Shown: positions 27,236-35,914, counted from the first letter of the stretch. The stretch: 64,000 bases of DNA from an uncultured Clostridium sp. (GCA_946497695.1 CAMMLJ010000004.1:1793-65792), one strand, 5' to 3'. A program made the numbers and translations. Notes: a model not told the origin generated them from the sequence alone.

Positions 27236-28169
27236 ATGGACTTGTTCGAAAATATTACAGGTCATGAAAATATTAAAAATATATTAGAAAATAACATAAA
27301 TACAAAAAATATATTGCATAGCTATCTATTTATAGGAGAAGAAGGTATTGGTAAAAAGATGTTAGCAAAAGAATTTGCTAAAGCAATTTTATGTACATCT
27401 GAGAATAGTAAGCCATGTGAGATTTGTAAGTCATGTGTAGAATTTAATTCAAATAATAATGTGAATTTTAATTTAATAAATGAAGAAAGCACAGCAATTA
27501 AAATCGATCAAATAAGAAATATGCAAGTTAAAATTGCAGAAAAACCAATTAATTCAGACTATAAAGTATATTTAATTAATGATGTAGAGCTTATGACAGT
27601 AGAGGCACAAAATTGTTTATTAAAAACATTGGAAGAACCACCAGAATATATTGTGATAATACTCATAACATCTAATGAAAACAAAGTTCTAAATACCATA
27701 AAATCAAGATGTATGAAATTATATTTTAATAATTTGAGTAATGCTGATATCGAAAAGGTATTAAAAGTACAGTTTGGTATGAATGATATAAATGATTCTT
27801 TCTTAGATGCTACGAGTCGGAAGTGTAAAAAAAGCATTATTAATAAAAGAAAAATCATCAGAATACGAGCAAATAAATAAATTATTTGATATAATAGATA
27901 AAGAGAATCTAGTAAATTTTATAAATTCAGCAAATATTATATATGAAAATAAAGATGATATTTATAATATATTAGATTATATAAACATATTATTGGACAT
28001 AAAAATAAGGTCAAATTCCAATAATTCTTTTAAGTTTGCAAATTGTATTTTTACGGTAGAAGAAGTTAAAAAAAGATTAAGAGCAAATAGTAATTATGAT
28101 ATGTCTATAGACTATCTATTAATGAATATGTGGAAGGAGATTAATAGTGAAAGAAGTAGTAGGTATTAA
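27236..28169 (+). pseudogene. holB: DNA polymerase III delta-prime subunit, reading frame interrupted (+1 shift)
   Basis: ORF 27236-27880 carries the AAA+ N-domain (YLFIGEEGIGKKMLA, zinc-module CxxCxxC, TIKSRC). ORF 27807-28169 (frame +1) continues with GSVKKALLI... and the C-terminal domain. An A7 run lies at 27827-27833. Confidence 0.8.
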
Positions 28170-29061
28170 ATTTAAAAAGCCAGGAAAAATATATTTTTTT
28201 GATCCAGCAGGGCTAAAGTTAAATTTGCAAGATATGGTTATAGCTGATACTGCAAATGGTGAAGAATTTGCTAAAATAGCTATGGCAAATAAATTAATGC
28301 CTGATGAGAAAATAGTAGAACCTTTAAGGAAAGTAATAAGATTGGCTAATAAAAAAGATATAAAGCAAAATGAAGAAAATAAAGAAAAAGAGAAAGAAGC
28401 TTTTAAAATAGCATTAGATAAAATAGCAAAGCATAAATTACCAATGAAGCTTATAGATGTAGAATATAAATTTGATAGAAGTAAAATATTATTTTACTTT
28501 ACAGCAGATGGTAGAATAGATTTCAGAGAATTAGTAAAAGATTTGGCAGCTATTTTTAAAACTAGAATAGAGCTTAGACAAATAGGTGTTAGAGACGAAG
28601 TTAGAAGAATGGGTGGAAATGGAGTTTGTGGCAGAGAATTATGTTGTTGCAGTTTCCTAAATAATTTTGATGCAGTTTCTATAAAGATGGCTAAAGAACA
28701 AAATATGTCATTAAACCCATCTAAAATATCTGGAGTTTGTGGTAGATTAATGTGCTGTTTAAAATATGAACAAGAAGCATACGAAGAAAAATTAGAAAGA
28801 TTGCCAAAAGTAGGCTCTATTGTAGAAACAGTTGATGGAGAAGGGACTGTAGACAGCGTAGAAATCTTAAAAGAAAATATAAGAGTAAAATTTGAAGATG
28901 ATGATGGATATCATTACAAAAAATATAAAGCAGAAGATGTCAAATTAATAAAAGCAAGCGAAACAGAAGAAATTGATCCAGAAGAGAAAGAAAATGAGAA
29001 AGAATTAGAAGAACTTGAAAAATTAGCAAAAAATGATATATTAGTAGATGATGATATGTAA
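28147..29061 (+). CDS. ricT: PSP1-domain protein RicT/YaaT (stage 0 sporulation protein)
   Basis: GTG start after AAGGAG. VVGIKFKKPGKIYFFDP and the Cys-rich CGRELCCCSF...CGRLMCCLKYE motif. Confidence 0.9.
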   Translation: MKEVVGIKFKKPGKIYFFDPAGLKLNLQDMVIADTANGEEFAKIAMANKLMPDEKIVEPLRKVIRLANKKDIKQNEENKEKEKEAFKIALDKIAKHKLPMKLIDVEYKFDRSKILFYFTADGRIDFRELVKDLAAIFKTRIELRQIGVRDEVRRMGGNGVCGRELCCCSFLNNFDAVSIKMAKEQNMSLNPSKISGVCGRLMCCLKYEQEAYEEKLERLPKVGSIVETVDGEGTVDSVEILKENIRVKFEDDDGYHYKKYKAEDVKLIKASETEEIDPEEKENEKELEELEKLAKNDILVDDDM

Positions 29062-29163
29062 TAAATATTTTTTATATAACATATAATGAATTAATGTATG
29101 ATAGTAGAAGAAAGTAGTAGCAAAATGTAGTAAAAAATATAGTACTGAAAGGTGGTGAAAAAT

Positions 29164-29334
29164 ATGGCATATAAAATAACAGATAAATGTATAAGTTGTG
29201 GAGCTTGTGCAGCAGAATGTCCAGTAGGATGCATTTCACAAGGAGATGATAAATTCGTAATCGATCCAGAAGCATGTATCTCTTGTGGTACATGTGCAGG
29301 AGTTTGCCCTGTTGAGGCGCCAGAGGAAGAATAA
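29164..29334 (+). CDS. 2x[4Fe-4S] ferredoxin
   Basis: 56 aa MAYKITDKCISCGACAAECP...CISCGTCAGVCP after AAAGGTGG. Confidence 0.9.
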   Translation: MAYKITDKCISCGACAAECPVGCISQGDDKFVIDPEACISCGTCAGVCPVEAPEEE

Positions 29335-29353
29335 ATACATAGATAAACTAGGA

Positions 29354-29382
29354 TAGGGATTTGGGGACGTTCTTTAAATCCC
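29354..29382 (+). repeat. REP-like hairpin unit (locus F, left inverted repeat of the RAYT gene)
   Basis: TAGGGATTTGGGGACGTTCTTTAAATCCC. A degenerate reverse partner follows (ATTTTAAAGAACGTTCCGTTAAAT, about 29388-29412). Confidence 0.9.
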
Positions 29383-29542
29383 TAAATTATTTTAAAGAAC
29401 GTTCCGTTAAATTAAGTATTTTGATATCTTCAAAATTTTTTAATCAATTTTTTCTTATAATTAAAATTAATTTTTTTATTATTATCTAATTTATTATTAA
29501 TTCCAAAATTTTATCCAAATTAGTAAAATAAAAGGAGGGCTG

Positions 29543-30313
29543 ATGTCTAGAATTGCCAGAAAAAATATAGTATCTAAATTTGTCCATATTGTTGCGAAAG
29601 GTATAAAGAATGAATTTATTTTTTATAAACAAGAATACAAAGAAAAGTATACATCACTATTAAACAAATCTATTAAAGAGCTAGAAGGGATAGATTTAAT
29701 AGCATATTGTATTATGGATAATCATGCACATTTATTAATACATACTGAGAAAATAAATAATATAGAAAAGCTTATGCGAAAAATAAATACAGCATATGCT
29801 ATATTTTATAACTTACAAGAAGAGAGAGCTGGATATGTTTTTTTAAATAGATATCATTCTGAAATTATAGAAAATGGGATTCATTTGCTTTCTTGCATAA
29901 AATATATCCATGAAAATCCAGTGAAAGCTGGAATAGTAGAAAAAGAGCAGTTTTATCAATATTCTTCATGCAGAGCCTTTTTAGAGGACAAGATGAGTAA
30001 TGATATTTTATGTTCAGTTTTTGGAGAGAATTTTAAATATGCATCTACCGATGTAGATAAAAAAATAGAATATCATTTTATTGATGAAGATGAAAGAGTG
30101 GAAAAAATTGAAAGAAAAGGTATAGAAATAATTATTGAAGAATTTTGCAATAAGTATAATACATCTATAGCTGAAATTAGAAAATCTAATAGCCTAATTA
30201 TAGAGTTTAAAAGCTTTTTAATGGTGAAATATAAAATAAGTAATAAAAATATTTGTGCTATATTAGGAATAGGTAAAAATAGAATTTCGCAAATAGAGAA
30301 AAAACTAAAATAA
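29543..30313 (+). CDS. REP-associated tyrosine transposase-like protein (IS200-like Y1/HUH fold) with C-terminal HTH
   Basis: 256 aa. HUH motif in YCIMDNHAHLLI, catalytic Tyr context IKYIHENPVKAGIV, C-terminal HTH-like NKNICAILGIGKNRISQIEKK. RBS AAAGGAGGG. Confidence 0.8.
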   Translation: MSRIARKNIVSKFVHIVAKGIKNEFIFYKQEYKEKYTSLLNKSIKELEGIDLIAYCIMDNHAHLLIHTEKINNIEKLMRKINTAYAIFYNLQEERAGYVFLNRYHSEIIENGIHLLSCIKYIHENPVKAGIVEKEQFYQYSSCRAFLEDKMSNDILCSVFGENFKYASTDVDKKIEYHFIDEDERVEKIERKGIEIIIEEFCNKYNTSIAEIRKSNSLIIEFKSFLMVKYKISNKNICAILGIGKNRISQIEKKLK

Positions 30314-30353
30314 GAAATAATTAAGTATTTATAATAAAAATAGTAGTAAAAGC

Positions 30354-30382
30354 GGGATTTAAAGAACGTCCCCAAATCCCTA
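30354..30382 (-). repeat. REP-like hairpin unit (locus G, right inverted repeat of the RAYT gene)
   Basis: GGGATTTAAAGAACGTCCCCAAATCCCTA. Confidence 0.9.
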
Positions 30383-30408
30383 CCAAAATCCATAAAGGAG
30401 ATGTACAA

Positions 30409-30735
30409 ATGAAGATAACTTGGCTAACTAGAAGAAAAAGTTTCGAAGAGATTAAGCCAAATAGAAAGGTAAGATATGAACAAATATTAGAAAGTTTATG
30501 TTTAGGAAATAAAACTGCTAAAGAAATTGCGGTTGAACTATATAGGCAAAAATTAACCAATACAGATGAACGTAATACAACTGCTCCAAGATTAACAGAA
30601 TTAGAAAAAATGGGTCTTGTAGAAGCAACTGCTAAGAAAACTTGTAAATATACAGGAAAAACAGTCACAGTTTACAAAATAACAAAATTGGGTTTTGAAA
30701 TTATAAATAATAGAGAAATGCATAAAAAGAGTTAA
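30409..30735 (+). CDS. small winged-helix DNA-binding protein (hypothetical)
   Basis: 108 aa after AAAGGAG; EILESL..NKTAKEIAVEL...TTAPRLTELEKMGLVEA...GKTVTVYKIT is a wHTH pattern. Confidence 0.55.
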   Translation: MKITWLTRRKSFEEIKPNRKVRYEQILESLCLGNKTAKEIAVELYRQKLTNTDERNTTAPRLTELEKMGLVEATAKKTCKYTGKTVTVYKITKLGFEIINNREMHKKS

Positions 30736-30756
30736 GATTATAGAATCTTAACTCTT
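30727..30756 (-). terminator. hairpin, probable terminator of the oxidoreductase operon (T-run on minus strand)
   Basis: AAGAGTTAAGAT / ATCTTAACTCTT 12-bp stem. The minus strand continues TTTTTATG. It overlaps the stop of the + strand wHTH gene. Confidence 0.6.
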
Positions 30757-30818
30757 AAAAAATTAAATTATAAAAGAATAAAATCATCATAGATTTGTAG
30801 CTTAAATATAATGAAAAA

Positions 30819-30849
30819 GAGGGAAAAAAGGAACGTCCCTAAATCCCTA
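30819..30849 (-). repeat. REP-like unit (locus H)
   Basis: GAGGGAAAAAAGGAACGTCCCTAAATCCCTA; the terminal CTA is the TAG stop of the beta-subunit gene. Confidence 0.9.
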
Positions 30850-31800
30850 TTCTTTATTAGTCATTTCTTCTAATTGTAATAATTCATTCCATCTCTTATC
30901 TACTATTCTTTGGAATTCTTCTATCATCCATTCATTTCCTGGTTTAAACATATGTCTAAAACGTTTTTGTGGTTTCAAGAATTCTTCTACTGGAAGTTTT
31001 TTAGCTGGTTTATATGTTATTTTATATTTACCATCTACAACTTCATATAATGGCCAATAACATGTATCTGCAGCTAATTTGTTAATTTGCATTAAGTCTT
31101 CTGTTGCATATCCCCATCCTCTTGGGCAAGGAGCCATTACATTTAAGAATGTTGGTCCTTCTGTATATATTGCTTTTTCTGCTTTTTCATATAAATCTTT
31201 AAAATTAGTCATAGCAAGAGTTTGTGCAACATATGGTAAATGATGTGATACCATTATTTCTGTTAAGTCTTTTCTCTCTTGTGCTTTACCTGGGATAACT
31301 GTTCCAGCAGGTGAAGTTGTAGTATCTGCAAATTTAGGTGTTGCAGAAGAACGTTGAATACCTGTATTCATATATGCACCATTATCATAACATACATAAA
31401 CCATATCATGACCTCTTTCCATAGCACCTGAAAGTGATTGTAAACCTATATCATAAGTTCCACCATCTCCACCAAATGCGATGAATTTTGTATGTGTATC
31501 TTCTTCTAATTTTCCTTGTTTCTTTAAAGATTTGTATGCAGCTTCAACACCAGATAATGTACTTCCAGCATTTTCGAAAGCTGTATGAATAAATGAATCT
31601 GTCCAAGATGTATATGGGTATGTAAATGTAGAAACTTCCATACATCCAGTAGCTGTAGCAATTACAGCATGATCTTCTGGCTTTAATGCACGTAAAACCA
31701 TTCTAGCAACTGGTGGAGCACCACAACCTGCACACATTTTATGCCCTTCGGAAAATCTTGAAGGTTTATTTGCGACTACTTCTTTTAAATTATATGGCAT
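30847..31800 (-). CDS. 2-oxoacid:ferredoxin oxidoreductase, beta (TPP-binding) subunit (POR/VOR type)
   Basis: 317 aa; CAGCG.P...GGDGGTYDIG TPP motif; ATG overlaps the alpha-subunit stop. Confidence 0.9.
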   Translation of the reverse strand: MPYNLKEVVANKPSRFSEGHKMCAGCGAPPVARMVLRALKPEDHAVIATATGCMEVSTFTYPYTSWTDSFIHTAFENAGSTLSGVEAAYKSLKKQGKLEEDTHTKFIAFGGDGGTYDIGLQSLSGAMERGHDMVYVCYDNGAYMNTGIQRSSATPKFADTTTSPAGTVIPGKAQERKDLTEIMVSHHLPYVAQTLAMTNFKDLYEKAEKAIYTEGPTFLNVMAPCPRGWGYATEDLMQINKLAADTCYWPLYEVVDGKYKITYKPAKKLPVEEFLKPQKRFRHMFKPGNEWMIEEFQRIVDKRWNELLQLEEMTNKE

Positions 31801-32996
31801 TATTTTTCAGCTCCTTTCGTTCTTAATCCTAAATGTCTATAAGGATTATCAATTTTTCCTGTTTCTACGATTTCTAATAAATCATTATAAACTTTTTCGA
31901 TGTCATCAGCTTTTGTATCTCTACCACCAATTCCATAGATATAACTTACTGTAGGTACATGAATATTATTTACATACATACCAGATGTAACATCTGTAAA
32001 TAATGCACCACCAGCAGCATTTAAAGAATCTGCTTTGTCTAATACAGCAACTGCTTTTACGTTTGCTAAGGCCTTAGCAATTTCTTCTGCTGGGAATGGT
32101 CTAAATACACGAACCTTTAATAATCCGGCTTTAATACCTTTGCTACGTAAATCATCAACAACGAATTTTGCAGTACCTGCTGTAGAATTCATACAAACAA
32201 CAGCAACATCTGCATCTTCTAATTTATATTCTTCAAATAAACCATATTTTCTACCTGTTAATTTTTCGAATTCTTCAGCTACTTCTAAAATAACTTTTTT
32301 AGCATTTTTCATAGCTTGTGCTTGCTGAGCTTTATGCTCGAATAAATATCCTTGTAAATCTAAAGGTCCTATAGAAATAGGTTCTTTACTATTTAATAAG
32401 TAATGTTCTGGTTTATATGTACCAACAAAATCTTTTACTTTATCATCTTCTACTAAATCTATTGTTTCTATAGAATGTGATGTAATAAATCCATCTTGGC
32501 AAACCATTAATGGTAATAAAACATCTTTATGTTCTGCAATTCTATGAGCCATTAATAAGTTATCATATGCTTCTTGATTACTTTCTGAAAATAGCATTAT
32601 CCATCCCGCATCACGAACACCCATTGCATCAGAGTGATCATTGTGGATATTTAATGGTCCAGATACAGCACGATTTACAAGTGACATTACTATAGGTAAA
32701 CGTAATGATGAAGCTATATATATCATTTCCCACATGAATGATAAACCATTTGATGATGTAGCTGTCATTGCTCTTGCTCCTGCAGCTTCTGCACCAACAC
32801 AGGCACTCATTGCACTATGTTCACTTTCTACTGCAACGAATTCTGTATCAACAGCACCATTGCTAACAAAAGTAGAAAAATATTGTGGTATTTCTGTTGA
32901 TGGTGTAATAGGGAAGGCAGCAACAACGTCTGGATTTATTTGTTTCATAGCTGTAGCTGCAGCTTCATTACCACTTAAACGTTCTCTAATACTCAT
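31800..32996 (-). CDS. 2-oxoacid:ferredoxin oxidoreductase, alpha subunit
   Basis: 398 aa; LSGNEAAATAMKQINPDVVAAFPITPSTEI typical N-terminus. Confidence 0.9.
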   Translation of the reverse strand: MSIRERLSGNEAAATAMKQINPDVVAAFPITPSTEIPQYFSTFVSNGAVDTEFVAVESEHSAMSACVGAEAAGARAMTATSSNGLSFMWEMIYIASSLRLPIVMSLVNRAVSGPLNIHNDHSDAMGVRDAGWIMLFSESNQEAYDNLLMAHRIAEHKDVLLPLMVCQDGFITSHSIETIDLVEDDKVKDFVGTYKPEHYLLNSKEPISIGPLDLQGYLFEHKAQQAQAMKNAKKVILEVAEEFEKLTGRKYGLFEEYKLEDADVAVVCMNSTAGTAKFVVDDLRSKGIKAGLLKVRVFRPFPAEEIAKALANVKAVAVLDKADSLNAAGGALFTDVTSGMYVNNIHVPTVSYIYGIGGRDTKADDIEKVYNDLLEIVETGKIDNPYRHLGLRTKGAEK

Positions 32997-33301
32997 TATT
33001 CAATTCCCTCCTCTACCATTGAGATTGCTTTGAAAGGACAAACTTTGGCACACACGCCACATCCTTTACAATAATTAAAATTAAAATCAGTTCTTTTCAT
33101 ATCTTTTCCAACTGGAATTGCATTTTCTGGACAAACAGGGAAGCATAATCCACATTGTTTACATTTTTCACTATCAAATATAGGTTTCATGCTTCTCCAA
33201 TCACCTGTTTTTACCTCGCGAGAATTTCCAGCATTATATATTGTTCCTCCAATTGTCATATCTTCCATTGGAGTTGAGTTATTTATATTTGTCTTATCCA
33301 T
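32996..33301 (-). CDS. 2-oxoacid:ferredoxin oxidoreductase, delta (2x[4Fe-4S]) subunit
   Basis: 101 aa; CKQCGLCFPVCP and CKGCGVCAKVCP. Confidence 0.9.
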   Translation of the reverse strand: MDKTNINNSTPMEDMTIGGTIYNAGNSREVKTGDWRSMKPIFDSEKCKQCGLCFPVCPENAIPVGKDMKRTDFNFNYCKGCGVCAKVCPFKAISMVEEGIE

Positions 33302-33388
33302 TTTTAAACTCCTTTCTTTTGAACTTTAGGGATAGGGCTTAAAGTTCATTCGTATACATAATATAGAACTCTAAGTGAAATTTTATAC

Positions 33389-33440
33389 AGGGAAAAAAGG
33401 AACGTCCCTAAATCCCTAGCAAAATTGCTAAAAATCCCTA
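33389..33440 (-). repeat. REP-like unit plus partial unit (locus I), inside the oxidoreductase operon
   Basis: AGGGAAAAAAGGAACGTCCCTAAATCCCTA, then palindrome TAGCAAAATTGCTA, then AAAATCCCTA whose CTA is the TAG stop of the gamma gene. Confidence 0.9.
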
Positions 33441-34019
33441 TTGTATTTCTACGACTCTTTGTAATGCTATCTCTAATGCTTTCATATTTCCACCTATAAC
33501 TTCTGGCTTCTTTGCAAATTTGTGTTTAAAAGAACCTTCCATATCTTGTAAGAATTCTTTTTCAGGAATAATTCCTGTTACTTTAACAACCGCAGCAAGC
33601 ATAGGAGTATTTGGAAAATACTTTCCTAAAGCTTCGATAGAAACAGTTCTTGCATCTATTGTATATATGTGTCCTTTATATCCTTTTAATAATCTTTTTA
33701 GTGTTTCACCATCTTTTGTAGTATTAATTATAATTGCTCCAGATTCCTTTAAACCTGCAGTAACATCTACAGAATGTAATAAAGTGTCATCAACAACTAC
33801 TACATAATCTGGATTGTGAATATTACAATGTATTCTAATAGGTGTTGTACTAATTCTGTTATAAGCTGTGATTGGTGCACCCATTCTTTCAGCACCATAT
33901 TCAGGAAATCCTTGGATATATTTTCCTGTGTTAAATGCTGCATCAGCTAATAATAAAGAAGCTGTTTTTGCACCTTGACCACCTCTACCATGCCATCTAA
34001 TTTCAATTAAATCGTTCAT
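33438..34019 (-). CDS. 2-oxoacid:ferredoxin oxidoreductase, gamma subunit
   Basis: 193 aa; IRWHGRGGQGAKTASLLLA typical gamma N-terminus. Confidence 0.9.
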   Translation of the reverse strand: MNDLIEIRWHGRGGQGAKTASLLLADAAFNTGKYIQGFPEYGAERMGAPITAYNRISTTPIRIHCNIHNPDYVVVVDDTLLHSVDVTAGLKESGAIIINTTKDGETLKRLLKGYKGHIYTIDARTVSIEALGKYFPNTPMLAAVVKVTGIIPEKEFLQDMEGSFKHKFAKKPEVIGGNMKALEIALQRVVEIQ

Positions 34020-34070
34020 TGGCTCGAACTAACCTCCTTTTAGTAAATTTACGTATAAATATACACCTAA

Positions 34071-34099
34071 AGTATATGCTTAAAAGCCGTAAGTGTCAA
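34071..34099 (-). promoter_or_regulatory. sigma-A type promoter of the oxidoreductase operon
   Basis: Minus strand reads TTGACA, 17 nt, TATACT. Confidence 0.5.
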
Positions 34100-34145
34100 G
34101 CAGATTTCTTAGAATGTATGGTCATAAAAAATATAAAAAGCAAAG

Positions 34146-34174
34146 TAGACATAACACATTAAAAGTGATATACT
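34146..34174 (+). promoter_or_regulatory. promoter-like element for the 502-aa ORF
   Basis: TAGACA, 17 nt, TG-extended TATACT. Confidence 0.4.
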
Positions 34175-34220
34175 ATAAGGGCTAAAAGCAAGTTGAAAAA
34201 AATTTTAAAGGAGGATAAAT

Positions 34221-35729
34221 ATGCTAATTAAAACAAAATTAAGGCCAAAGGAACTAAATGAATTTAATCGGTACTTTGGCGATTTAAAACAATTCATTGT
34301 ACCACTTGAAGGAACTAGCAAACAGATTCAAGAACAGTTTGAGGATGAGAAAGTAAGCTCGCAAATAATATTATCAAGCGAGAAACTTTTCATTCAAGAT
34401 ATTAAAGGAGAAGGAGTAGTTAGAATACACCGGAATTTACTTACAAACATTTATAGGGATATGAACGAGGCGCAACGTTTCATATTAAGAACTTTTGTCG
34501 AATTGGAAAAAAATGCGCTTCCAATTGTTTCTAATGCTAAAGCGGGGAACTTTATCGAAGGCTTAGAAGAAGATGAAAAGATAATGATTTATGAACAAAT
34601 CTTGATCTTTCTTGACTTTTTTAAAGATGATAAGGTAAACGAAGAGACAGAAGTTTGTGTTTTAGAAGCAGATTGTAGGGAAATTGCTGGAAGGATTACG
34701 CAGAAAACTGATTTGCGGTCAATCAAACTTCCAAAACCAATTCAAGAAAGAGTATATTTGCAGGAGGTAACAGAAGAACAGATTAACATACTAAAATATT
34801 ACTACTTAGTACTACTTGATATTTTAGTACATCCATTCTTAGAGAACACTCTATATGCAATAGAAAGAAATAGAGCTTTATATTGGTGTATAGTAGGTTT
34901 GTTGGAAAAGTTGGATGATAATATCAGTGACTTCTGGAGAGCAAAAGGGAGGATAGTTTTAGAAAAATATTATCCAAATAGTGAAGAAACAGAAGCACTT
35001 TGCAAGGAACTCTTTGACGGAGATAAAGGTTTAGGAAAGGAACTTGTTAAAGAAAATCTTTATTATAACTTAGCAACTGGAATTATAATGAATAGTAGCA
35101 TCCAAATAAGATTCTTCTATGAAATGAGCAGAGAGGAGAAGAACATTGTGATTAACCAAGCTGTTTCGTTGGCAAGAAGAATAAATGCTTTGTTAGTTAA
35201 AGATTTGGAAAACATTTCGCCAGATATTTTCTATCATCCTAGAGAACATGAAACAGAGTTGGAAGAAATTTTTGCATATCTTAAAATGTTTCGATTTACT
35301 CATAAGACTTTAGAAGAGATAATACTAAAAAATGGAATGAGTAAAAAAGAATGGATATATGTAAAAAATCTATTAACAACAGTGTATGATGAAGAATATA
35401 TGTTAAGAATTGAGAAGCAATGTTTAATGTCAGATTATAATTACTATCGCATGTTAAAGCATTTTGCATTGAATTATTCATTGCAATCTGCAACTTCTGT
35501 AAATTCAGACTTGTTAGAACTTAGTAAGTTTGAGTTAGCATACAAGTTAGCTTCAAAAGAAATGGATGAAGAGGAAAATGAAATTCTGGAAGATATTAAA
35601 TCTATATACAATATCTTAGATAAACCATTTGATGAGTTTAATAAAGATAAAATAATAGAAGCTCAGCGAAAAAAAGGTGTAGCAGAATGGATGATTACTC
35701 TTTTCGAATTTATTTGTGAAGATGAATAG
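34221..35729 (+). CDS. hypothetical protein (502 aa), compositionally atypical, no recognisable domain
   Basis: Long ORF with strong RBS AAAGGAGG and its own terminator. Uses codons rare in neighbours (CGG, GCG, TCG, CTC). Predicted mostly helical and acidic. Confidence 0.7.
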   Translation: MLIKTKLRPKELNEFNRYFGDLKQFIVPLEGTSKQIQEQFEDEKVSSQIILSSEKLFIQDIKGEGVVRIHRNLLTNIYRDMNEAQRFILRTFVELEKNALPIVSNAKAGNFIEGLEEDEKIMIYEQILIFLDFFKDDKVNEETEVCVLEADCREIAGRITQKTDLRSIKLPKPIQERVYLQEVTEEQINILKYYYLVLLDILVHPFLENTLYAIERNRALYWCIVGLLEKLDDNISDFWRAKGRIVLEKYYPNSEETEALCKELFDGDKGLGKELVKENLYYNLATGIIMNSSIQIRFFYEMSREEKNIVINQAVSLARRINALLVKDLENISPDIFYHPREHETELEEIFAYLKMFRFTHKTLEEIILKNGMSKKEWIYVKNLLTTVYDEEYMLRIEKQCLMSDYNYYRMLKHFALNYSLQSATSVNSDLLELSKFELAYKLASKEMDEEENEILEDIKSIYNILDKPFDEFNKDKIIEAQRKKGVAEWMITLFEFICEDE

Positions 35730-35741
35730 TATTAAGAGAGA

Positions 35742-35766
35742 AGTGGGATGTTATCCCGCTTTTTTC
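35742..35766 (+). terminator. intrinsic terminator
   Basis: AGTGGGAT / ATCCCGCT stem, loop GTT, T6. Confidence 0.7.
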
Positions 35767-35824
35767 TTTGTAAAAATATTAATTAAAAATACGTATAAAT
35801 CTTACGCAAATAAGGTTTCTAACA

Positions 35825-35853
35825 TTGACTTTTTATACTTTTTCATATATTAT
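35825..35853 (+). promoter_or_regulatory. sigma-A type promoter of minD-minE-rodA
   Basis: TTGACT, 17 nt, TATTAT. Confidence 0.45.
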
Positions 35854-35914
35854 AGTAATGTCAAATTTTATGTATAAATGAGATATTAAAGCACTAGCTT
35901 AAGGAGGAAGAGTT

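Larger units (their letters stand above)
29354..30382 (+). mobile_element. RAYT-type unit: HUH/Y1 transposase gene bracketed by inverted REP hairpins
   Basis: 29354-29382 TAGGGATTTGGGGACGTTCTTTAAATCCC is the exact reverse complement of 30354-30382 (29/29). Both share the private T variant (GTTCT). Confidence 0.8.

Noticed and set aside
34050-35800. 11-nt direct repeat TACGTATAAAT at 34050-34060 and 35790-35800 flanking the 502-aa ORF, a possible target-site duplication
   Set aside because: The left copy lies in the 5' UTR of the oxidoreductase operon, downstream of its promoter (34071-34099). An insertion bounded by these repeats would therefore have to include that promoter. A chance match in AT-rich DNA is plausible.
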